From: Zygnema circumcarinatum SAG 698-1b | Taxonomy: Eukaryota > Plantae > Zygnematophyceae | Direction: 5' to 3' | Length of the DNA stretch: 64,000 nucleotides | Assembly (NCBI GenBank): GCA_037447605.1 | Contig: CM074805.1 | Coordinates: forward strand, 4,931,361 to 4,995,360 | In this document: piece after piece, positions 53,635 to 64,000 of the stretch | How the letters are laid out: every line of letters starts with the position of its first letter | How positions within the stretch are numbered: the first letter of the stretch is position 1 | Notes under the pieces: model-generated | Seen by the model: the letters and a program-made list of their open reading frames with translations, nothing else | Databases searched by the model: none | What the model was told of the DNA's origin: nothing | Position numbers and translations under genes: made by a program

Positions 53635-56245
53635 ATGGAGGGCGGGGAGGCGCGGGTCCTGAGCGTGGCGTCGCAGCCGTTCGACGTGGCCTTCCATCCG
53701 GCGGCGGAGTCGGTCGCAGCGGGCCTCATCAGCGGCTCCATCGAGCTGTCAGTTCGTCGTGCCTGCAAACCCTAAAAACGAGCTAGGGTCTGTGACGAGG
53801 GGCTGCACGCATGCATACCTGCTGACATGAAAACAGGAGTAATTCCCATGCATAGCAGTCGATGCGCGCATGAATTGTCGTGGATAATGATTTTTTTAGT
53901 ATTGTTCATATGTGTATGCCAAGCATTCATACGCGTGACATGAAGGCATCGTCACAGAGGTTTTTCCTCGCTTATATGTTTTGAAAATGGTGTTTGATGA
54001 GCAGGTTTTCATATGGAGAAGGCGACCCGAAAAGGTGGTCGTGCTATCCGGCTTGGCTGGCATGTAGGGATTGCATGCGGGTATGGGTGTGGGCCTATGG
54101 CTGCGGTTATGGTACTCTTATGTACATATATATACATATGTTTAGACTTATGGACATGAACCATGGGCTTGTAGGTCACCATTGGATAATTCACGGGTCA
54201 GTCGTTCTTAAATTGGGTAGTATCCACAACTCTCACATGGGCCAAATGACATTTTTTTGTATTTTTCTTGATGTTAAGTATATTGAAGAGGAATGGGTAT
54301 CTTCATGGAATGAAACCTGTATTTGGACTCAAAATGAGGACGTCTCTCGTTTTCACAGACTATGGAAAGCAAAGCGGGCACATAAAGAGTCGTGCCGAGC
54401 AGTCCGCTTCCTCAATAATGGCCAATGTGCGTATTACTCTAATTCCGAATCTGTCTATCAATTTCTTTTCTGTCATATCCTCCGTTTTATCTGATGTCTT
54501 GCAGCTTGTACGCTGAGAGTCAGTATATGAGAGGTTTGAGGGAGGGAGGAGATGTCGACGGTGAATGGGATATGTGAGGATAACTGAGGGAGGCCCTCAA
54601 TTGCGGATTTCGGCTGGGTTTAATTTAGTCCCATTGACTACGATAGCTGTATCTTACATGCCGACTATTTGCGCCTCTCTGTGGAGGAAAAGCTAACAAT
54701 CACAAGTGTCCATGCACGTCGTGCGTGGAATCTGTGCTTGTCGCTGTGTTTAAAAAGGAGGACGTCCCACGTCACGGGCATGCGTCAGCTAACTTACTTA
54801 GTTTCCTTGAACCAGGATACTGCTGTGGTTAGCCAACATGGCGCCACGTCAGCCTAAACTAATGCAAGGGCGGTGCAGACCTAGCCGAAAATAGGGTGAG
54901 GGAACTAAATGAAGGGTACACCCTGAGAGTCCTGAGAAAGGATCAAAGCAGATATGGAAAACCTTGGATTCAATCTTTTCTCTGAATTCAATTTTTCATA
55001 GACTATGGGAATGGGGTTCATGAAGGGCGCAGATTTATTGAGCGCTTCTGCGGATCACTCAATATTGGCCACTGATGTAGCGAGTGGCAAAATGGTCTCA
55101 CGACTATTGGAAGCACATAGGTGAGAAAATACAGAAGTATTGCTTAAGTATTTTCGAATTCGTTGGTTTCTAGGAAAACCAGCCGGCTAGTTTTTAATCC
55201 TAGTCCATGCGCTCGTGTTTAGTTGTGTTAGGCATCCATTCACTATTCGCCTCGTCCCTTGCATGCAACATTATGATGCAATTTGCTAGATCTGGGAACT
55301 CTAAGTACAACAAGGGACTACCCATGTATCAGAGTAGGATGTGCTTTAGGAAAGTTAGTAACTTAGATTAAGTGTGCTAAAAGAACAGAGGGAAGGGTTA
55401 TTGGAGTTGGCATAAGGCAGTGCGGCTATCAACCGGATGGAAGTTCTGTCAGAGAACACGATGGCGACTGGAGATGATGACGGAACGGTGAAGGTGAACA
55501 TGCATCACTTGTTGAAGAAAAATCTCATTGAAACCATTTCCAGATTCAAGCTGACTCATACACCTCTGTTGAACTTAGCCACAGTCTAGTATAGTAAAGT
55601 AAAGCAAAGCAAATCAATCTAGTATAGTAAAGTATGGAGAAAGGCGCTTTGGTTTGAAGGTCTGGGATATTCGACAAGAGGAGTGTTGCAGCACATTTTC
55701 CGCTCATGAGGACTTTGTTTCCGACATGGAACACTCTGCAGCTTCCATGCAGCTTCTTTCTGTCAGGTGAGTGTAGTTTGGGAGAGAGATTTTCAAACCC
55801 TTACCAACCCTGAGGGTACTGAACCTCATGTTCTTGCATTTTCAAACTTATATCCTGTTCCGGCTGTTGAATATTGAAGAACTGTGAGGTTTCTTCCTTG
55901 GCTTTCCATGCTGCAGCGGTGATGGGACCCTCTGCATATACAACCTCCGTCGGAACAGGGTCAGTTTGCATTCTTTCTTTCTTGTCTCAATCTTGGTAAA
56001 ACCAGAGTCAGAATACACTTTAAGTTATTTCCGAAGAGGAGAGATGACATGAGTGGGTTTGGACGTGGAGTGTTGGGAAGGTTTCCTATGGCTGGAATTT
56101 CAACCTTTTGAACCTCAAAAGTGGGGAAGAGCGGTGAGGGGAGCAGGTGGAAGTTCGGTCGGAAAATGCGGAGGACGAGCTGCTGTCAGTTACCATCATG
56201 AAGGTGCGCTTGGGGGGGGGGGGGGGGGGAAGAAAAGAAAGAGAA

Positions 56246-56303
<58 letters not shown>

Positions 56304-59300
56304 AGAGGGAGAGGAGGGAGGGGAGGGAGCGGGGCAAGGGGGTGAGGGAGATAAGAGGGGAGGGAAGGGGAGGGGTAGCGGAGTGAGGACGAGGAGGGGA
56401 AGATGGAATAAAAACGGGAGGAGAATGAGGAGTGAGGAGAATGAGGATTGAGAAGAGGGAAAGATCAGATCGGAAGAGAACGATGGTGGAGAGAGGAAAG
56501 TGGGACAAGAGAGCGGGAGAGCGAGAGGAAGGAAGAGAGAAAGGGGATTGGAGATAATGGTGATGCTATTTCTTAACTGAGTTTAAGTGATTTGGGTTGG
56601 CATGGAGCAGCACAGACAGAAAGTGGTATGTGGGACGCAGGAAGGGACTCTTCTGCTCTACTCTTGGGGCCATTTTGCAGACTGCAGGTGCAATATTTTT
56701 TCCTTTTTCATAACTTACGTTCAAACGGTTTTGCATAAAAGTTTGAATAATTTATGAAATGGGCCAAACCAAGGTTTTAACTGTTGTTGGTGCTTCAAAC
56801 TGAGGCGCGTGTTCCATGTGGCGTTTTATGCTGCAGCGACCGTTTTCCAGGTCATCCCAACTCTGTAGATGCTCTTCTTAAGGTGAGCCAAAAAGATAAA
56901 GAGAACTTACTTATTCCATTTTATCAGGCCTCCGCTACTCGTGTGTTCTCCCTCCTCACTTATCACCCTTTGCCTTCCTTTCTCCTCCTCCCTTCTCGTC
57001 TCCCACAGCCCGCGGTCTTGTCTGTCCCTTGGATTCCCTCCCCTTCCTCTCCACTCCCACTCCCTTCTAGTAAATTTAGTTTTTCCTTGCCTCTCTCCCC
57101 CCAACCTTCCATCCCCTCTTCCCTCGCCATTCTCTTTCCTCCCCTCACTCTTCTCTCACTCTCTCCTTCCTTCTCTTGTCTCCTTTCTCACTCCTTGTCC
57201 TCCGTACCTTGTCTCTATGTCCCCTTCTTCTCTCATTCACTGCATCGTGAATGTGTCAACAACTGAAGGGAGATGTTCCCTCTCTTCCGTATACGCTTAA
57301 ACATCTCTCCTCCCGATTCTCCAGAATGAACTGCCACATGGAACCTGTGGGATGCAGGTGGATGATGACACTCTCCTTACCGGATCTAGTGATGGGCTAA
57401 TCAGGTATCTCCCAAACTCTAAAATGCGGAAATCCTTCACAGATCGGACCATTAGACAAACCAGTCGACTGGTTGGCAACCAGTGGTTGCGGACCGAAAC
57501 AACCATTCGACTGGTTGCCAACCAGTGGCTCAAGACCGAAACAACCATTCGACTGGTTTGGAACCAGTGGATGCCACTGGTTGGCAACCATTCGACTGGT
57601 TTGGAACCAATGGATGCCACTGGTTGGCAACCATTCGACTGGTTTGGAACCAGTGGATGCCACTGGTTGGCAACCAGTCGACTGGTTGCGAACCAGTGGC
57701 GCAGGACTGAAACAACCATTCGACTGGTTCGGAACCAGTGATCCAATGGTTGGCAACCATTGAATTTCTGAAATTATGCCTTTTTGCAAAAATGGGCCGT
57801 ATGTGTTTTTTGGTGGGTTGCCAACCGTTGACAACTAGTGTAACAAGCCTGATGCGTACAGATGCGTACGGATTAGTACAGTCGAGTCGTATGATTGTAC
57901 GAAGATTATGTACGGCCGAACCGTAATAGTTTTCTCTAAAACGCCGACAGCATTTTGGTAACTGTAGCGTTCAGTTCACTACAACTAGTGATTTAATGGT
58001 TGCCAACCATTTGATTTAATGGATATAACCATTCGACTGGTTGCCAACCAGTGCCGCCAGATCGAAACAACCAGTCGACTGGTTGCCAACCCGTAGACGT
58101 CCAACCATTGCCATCCAATGGTTGTCCAATGGTTGCCGATCCACTGGTCCGAACTGTGAAATCCTTGCACCTTAAAAAGATGAAGGAGAAGAAAAGGCCT
58201 TTCCAAGGGGTGGGAGGAGGGGAAATGGAAATTCATGAACGTCTGAAGACCGGGAGCCTTCAGTCTTTCGGCACATTCAAGTTAACTGGGCAAGGGCAAG
58301 TTAGTTAATGCTTTTATTACTGAATTTAAACCTTTTTGTTGCTCAAAATTACTTGATGCATCGGCTTTGCAGAGTGGTGTCAATCCTTCCAAACAAAATG
58401 TTGGGAGTTGTCGGAGAACATATGGATTATCCGATTGAGCGCTTGGGTAATTCTTCTCCCTACCCCTTGAACTCTTGTCTCCACCTTCTTTCGGGTTGTA
58501 AAGTTTTTTCTTTCAACTCTCTCCTTCCCTTTCGTCGTCCGCTGCAACTACTCTTTTCTCTTTTTTGTCCCTTGTACTTGCTCTCTTTGTCCCTCTCTCT
58601 CTCTCTACTGTGTCCCTCCTTCCATGGTTTTCTTTTGATCTCCCATACTGTGCCCACCTCGCATCCACCCTCTCCTATCCTAATCGACCTTCCTATCCCA
58701 CTCTCTATCTTTTCCCCCTCGCTTTCTTGATTTGCTCTTTAAACTTTCTCACCCCACTTTTTCCGTCTCCCTCCACTTTGTTCTCCCCCTCTCTTTTTCC
58801 TCCTTCACTTCCCGTCCCAGCCTGTTGGTGATTGCTCTGCAATTTTTCCTCATGCTTTCCATGCATTGCTTTAGTAATGGTGATTTATACCTCAGAAAAA
58901 GAATTTTTGGTCCGCTACATATTGCTTTGCCGGATGATGGTGCAGCTCTCTCACATGATAAGAGATTTCTCGCCAGTGCTTCGCATGATAAGACGCTGAA
59001 GGTGAGAAAGTATCTTGAAGGATGTATTTGAAAAGGTGCAAAGTGTGCAATGTTTTTCATCGAAAAGAATGTTCAAGTGGACTTTAAGTCCTTCTGAAGA
59101 GCTCAGTATGGCCATTATCTGTCTGAAATTGGATGAACAGATTGTTAATGATGAAGAGCCACATTCTGGCTAAAATGGTCATTGGGTGTAAGGGGGCTTG
59201 GAGGGCAGCTTTGGGATGTGGCCTACCTCTTTGAAGAGGGCGGAGAAGGAGATGGCGAAGGCGACGGAGATCGACAGGGAGAGGGGGAGAAAGGGAGCGA

Positions 59301-59689
59301 GAGAGAATTGGGGGGGATGGCTGATATGGGAGAACCTGCAGCAGCCATGGATCTTGGGGAAGAGACGAAAGTGGCCGTAGCTGGAGAGAGTGATGGAGAT
59401 GACAGCAGCGACGAAGGTGAAAGGGACGGGACGGGGGGGAGAGGGAGAAAGAAGGGAGAGGGGTTGGAGAGGCTTATGATGCATTGCTTGTTTCTATTCA
59501 CTCCTTCACTTGTGAAAATAGCATTTTTAAACGATATTGTGGAAAGTGGAAGGAAGATGGAGGGGTGAGGGGTGAAATTTCTGAACCGGTTGTGTGTTTT
59601 GTGCAGAACCCAAAAAGAAGGTGAAGTCAAAGAAGGATGGTAAGAAGGTTTATAGTAAGACGCCGGATTTTTTCTCAGACCTTCAGTGA
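53635..59689 (+). CDS. WDR55: WD repeat-containing protein 55 (Jip5-like, rRNA processing), multi-exon
   Basis: FDVAFHP, AHKESCRAVRF, TGDDDGTVKVWD, HEDFVSDM, GDGTL, EDELLSV, VCGTQEG, LTGSSDGLIR, ASASHD and an acidic tail ending FFSDLQ*. Confidence 0.92.
57438..58158. mobile_element. hAT-like MITE in a WDR55 intron: 14-bp TIR, perfect 8-bp TSD, palindromic subterminal arrays
   Basis: CACAGATCGGACCA / TGGTCCGAACTGTG; AAATCCTT at 57430-57437 and 58159-58166. Confidence 0.85.
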
Positions 59690-61555
59690 GCTCAGCCACC
59701 GTGGCATCTCAAAGGGCTTGTATGGCTCACTTAGGTGCTGATTCCTGAAGAACTATTTTTCCTTTGTTCGTGGATCAGTGAGCGTTTTTCACGAATTGCT
59801 CATATGGGCTCATATGAGCAATGTGGGCTCATATGTTGCTCATATGTGTTTTCTTGATATTCAGATACAAGAGGCATTCTGGAGCATTGTGATGTCTGTA
59901 TTGGAAAATAGCACAGACCAGTAGGAATCCCCAATTGTAGACACCCGCATGCTGAACTTAACTGTGCATATGGAAATACTGAAGCTTAGAAGCTCATTAA
60001 TGGTATACCATAAAACCGGAAAGGTTGAGAAAAAAAGAATTTAAAGATTTTGGCTTCTCAAAAAAAAAAAACTATCAAAACCAGTTTCTCAAATAAAAAA
60101 CCTTATATTTGTTAGCACGATCATTTTGAGAAATGGGAAATGAATTTCTATTTTTTTTTCTCAATACAATTTTTATGGGGAACCAGTGGAACATTGAACA
60201 ATTGATTTTCGTTCGTGTTCAATTTGGGCTGTCCTTGGGCCCACCGATCAACAATTTATTAGAGCATCGCAAAGCCCGTGGACCCGGTTATCCGTACAGA
60301 AATAGTTGATCGGCTCGGGGGAAGAATCGTACGAAAAATGAGGCCCGGGTTAGCCGGATCCCTCTAACCGAATGGAACCAACGAGGCGAAAATTGGAATC
60401 CACACGTGCGACCGAGCGTGTTGAGCCTTTGGACTTTTTCTTTAAAACTTTTCGCTTTCTTAAATTGAAAAAGTTTCGACCTTGAGTGTTAAAAGGTCAA
60501 CCCTTTTCAATAAGACTGAGAATTGAGAAATTCAGTATAAACTTGTTTCTCATTTTTTCAACCTGCGTGGCTTTACGGTATGTGTAACTTTTTTGGTTTT
60601 ATGTCCTATACTTAAAAGCGTACAACCTAAAAAGTCTGATGTTCATGAAAGCACCTCAACAAGATCTACCCACTTAACCCACAGGTGGGAAGGGGGGGGA
60701 GAGAGGGGGTGGGGGGCGCCAAAAATCAGAGTTCGTAGAAAACGCTGACTCTGAGTCGCCATTTAGACTGACGAAAAAACGACGAAATGTTCCCGAGCAT
60801 TAAGTCCAGCCCGAGAATGGCGATGACTGCTGACTGCTCCGATGGAGGGATAGGTGTTCCTCGGCGCATGCTGTGTGGCCCTTTCACTCTCACCTCGCTC
60901 TCACTGTCCACCCATGGAAAACCATACAAGTTTAAGCCGAGTCTCCACTCAGAAATCTGGACGTGCGAAATACAAAATACGTTTTAGGAATAATTTTCTT
61001 CTAGAAAAAGGAAAATATTGACAAAGTGCTTGTAAGCACGTACAGTTACATCATACGCCTGCAATTGTCGAGCAATTTCAGAACAAGTCGCATACAACAA
61101 ATGATCTAATTTAACTCTTTAAGCAATCGACTACTCCGCATCTAATCTTAAGAAAGCCAAAGAAGGAGAAATCCAAAGATAACAAATGAGCTTTAACCTT
61201 TCTCACGCTGACGCATATCGACCTACGCTGATCTTAGGCCTCTCTAACTCCTCAATCTGCGCATATCTTGCCGGACGGAACGGGCATCCACCCTCGTCCG
61301 GCACTTCATAACTGAACCTATTGCGAGTTACATAGAAATCCGCCAGCCATCTCTCCCAATTGCACGTCCCGTCCGTCTCCAACTACCTTCCCTTTCCCTC
61401 TGTTCACCTCTCTTTCTTTCCTCTACTCTTCTCCCACTATGTTGCGAGCTCTCCCTCGCACACCTCGTGACTAATGCACATACCTATTCACGAACCCCTT
61501 CCACACTCCCTTTACGCAGTCTTCTGTCATTCCCCTCTCCCACCTCTCTATAGTC

Positions 61556-63263
61556 CTAAAAGAGGCGCTCCAACACGTAGTCCACCATCCCCTCCAGGCA
61601 CCTCTTCATCTCCCCCTCCGCCAGATACTGCAGGCACTGCCGGGCAAGCCGCCCCTCCTCCTTTGCCAGCTCCCTCGCTTCGTCCACCCCCCCCCCTCGC
61701 AGCACCAACTCAACGGCTCTTTGCAGGGACCCCTCGTCTACAAACTCCGAGTCAATAAGATCCTTCAATTCCACTCCCTCGGGCCCTCTTAAAGCAAATA
61801 GCGCCGGAGCCGTTAAATTTCCACTAGCCAAATCGCTTCCCGCAGGCTTTCCGAGCTGTTCGCTTGTTTGCGTGAAGTCGAGAATATCATCCACAATTTG
61901 AAACGCGAGGCCCAAATGTCGGCCGTATTCATACATAGCATCTGCTACTGAGGGGTTGACATCACTAAATATGGCAGCGCACTTAGTGCTAGCTGCCAAC
62001 AAAGAAGCAGTTTTGAAGAAGCTTTTATCGAGATACTCTTCCATAGTGAGGGAGGAGTCAAAGAGACTCGCTGCTTGTTTAATTTCTCCATTTGCAAAAT
62101 CCGCAATCACCTGCAGCTCGATAGGGGCGCTAAGCACGATAAGTAATAGTTCCCTGTAATTGGCCCTTAAGAATCTTATAGATTTATATCAGATCCAAAA
62201 TGCGGACTGGCAGAGTCGATGGGTTTGAAAAAACAAAAAACTGTGTGCTATCTCGTACTTGGGGTTCCGACAAGACCGTGATCAGTCGAAATGGTAAAAC
62301 ATCTAAACCCCATATTCGTCAAGTTCATTTAGGTCTACAAGAAGGTCCAGTGAGAAACGTTTGTTTTCTGAATAGGGTATCGGACGGCATGACTAACTCA
62401 AGAAAATCACTGCAATTTGGAACATGATTGCCTCCTAGCATGATTTAAAAATCCCCTAATATACACGTCAATGAATAATCGCAACCACTAAAACAAAAGC
62501 TGTCGAATTGACTTACTTTCACTGATCAAAGATCCCGCATTGTTCGATTTGCGGCTATATCATACCTGACTAATCAGCTTGATGACCTCCAAATTGTCGA
62601 GATTGGCAAGGTACCACGAGGACTGTGCAAACATAAAGTCCCCTGCCAGGACAGCGACTCGGGTGCCGTACAACTGATGCACTGTCTTCTTCCCTGCAAA
62701 CCCCCCCAGCTTCTAAAACATATTAGTTCTATCGCACTCTCACACTCTCTCCCGACATTTCCTGTTCTTTCCAGTCTCCTCTATCTGCCCTCCTCTCTTC
62801 TCACACCACTCTTCAACCTCACTCCGCTGCAACCAATCGTTTAGGGCCCACCTCAACATCACGATACCGACAACATACCTCTGCGCACATCACTGTCGTC
62901 GAGAACATCATCGTGGATGAGGCTGGCGGTGTGGATCATCTCTGTGATCTCTGCAAGCCTCCGATGCTGCGGCCGTATCCCTCTGCACATGCCCCGTTTG
63001 GGCTTGTCTATCAGCAGCGCGATAAGCAAAAGGGAGACGGGCAACGAAGGACAAAAAAAAATGGAATTATGGAGAGAAAGCGACGAGAGAAAGGACTGGC
63101 AGTGACAGATAAGAGCGTGGGGAAATAACAGCAGGTGGGAGAAAGAAATCAGAGGAGAGAGAGCGGAGAAGGGAGTGTAGCACGTGTAGCGAAACGAAGG
63201 GAGGGAGGGAGTGCGCGAGAAAGTTGGCGAGAGGACGAGGGGAGAGCACGTGCGCGCTCGCAG

Positions 63264-63334
<71 letters not shown>

Positions 63335-64000
63335 GTGGGAGGGAGAAGACTCACTCTAAGCCTGCGAGCTGCGCAGTTGCTCTCGATACTAGGAACACCA
63401 AGGCAGGTCGCATCCTCTTACCCCCAGCGCCAAAGATCTGCTCTGCAGCTGACATCAGCATCGGGTGGCGGGCACCGACCACCTGCATTTCCCCTCCTCT
63501 TCTGAGGCCAGGTCAACCGCATTGCAGAAATCGGGATAAACTATCTCATCACATCATGTGTGCGAGCATGAATGTGTTCGCAGACAAATAAGACTTCAAA
63601 TAGATGAATATGACACGAACTCTTCACTGTTTGCCTTGAGACTATTTTCAGTAGGCAGTGTAAAGATCCGTTCGAAATCAAGTTCACCAACCACTCTTCC
63701 AAAAAGGGCGCGTGATGTAAGCAAATGAATCTGTTGAAGTCCCAAACTAACTATTGAATCGAAATAAGCGCGATAATAAACAAGTAGTAACGATCCATAT
63801 AAAAAGTACGCAAATCCACCACACAAAAAAACGCGACGATAATAATGACAGCAGAATTTCACCCAAACAATCTAAGCACATTCAAAATAAAATTAGAATC
63901 CCAATACAATAAGCTACGTAGCACTATACCGTCTTCAAATTCTCGTTCAATGTGCGCAGATCCTCGGCCACTGGAGCGGTGAGTCCATTCAGAGACAAGC
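61556..64000 (-). CDS. SPS: Solanesyl diphosphate synthase (plastoquinone-9 side chain), 5' end outside the window
   Basis: [35 protein letters not shown] (FARM), [19 protein letters not shown] and FQIVDDILD (SARM); exons ~63930-64000, ~63355-63483, ~62878-62990, ~62567-62691, 61556-62109. Confidence 0.95.

Noticed and set aside
57458-57760. CRISPR array
   Set aside because: The 'spacers' are short and mutually related, there are no cas genes, the context is a eukaryotic intron, and the array is bounded by TIR/TSD, so it is a MITE subterminal array.

Overview
Intron-rich eukaryotic nuclear DNA from a green plant, most likely a streptophyte alga or early-diverging land plant (inferred from gene content, intron style, and CT/GA microsatellites). 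It is a draft assembly with three 10-N gaps. About 12 spliced protein genes can be reconstructed by hand, in order: ERD4/OSCA-a (+), P4-ATPase flippase ALA (+), ERD4/OSCA-b (+), GRDP1-like (+), LRR-EGF-Pro/Thr/Ser-repeat surface protein (+), plastid-type cis-prenyltransferase (-), DONSON (-), small complex I accessory subunit (+), PGR5 (-), PGRL2-like (+), WDR55 (+), and solanesyl diphosphate synthase (-, runs off the window). Mobile DNA comprises two adjacent Mutator-like MITEs with 9-bp TSDs, a hAT-like MITE family with 8-bp TSDs and palindromic arrays, and a transposase relic missed by the ORF track. The strongest leads are (1) PGR5 head-to-head with its putative regulator PGRL2, (2) a lipid flippase sandwiched between two OSCA paralogues, and (3) an LRR-EGF-mucin-like protein with a frameshifting VNTR. 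Family names come from my recall of conserved motifs, not from database searches.
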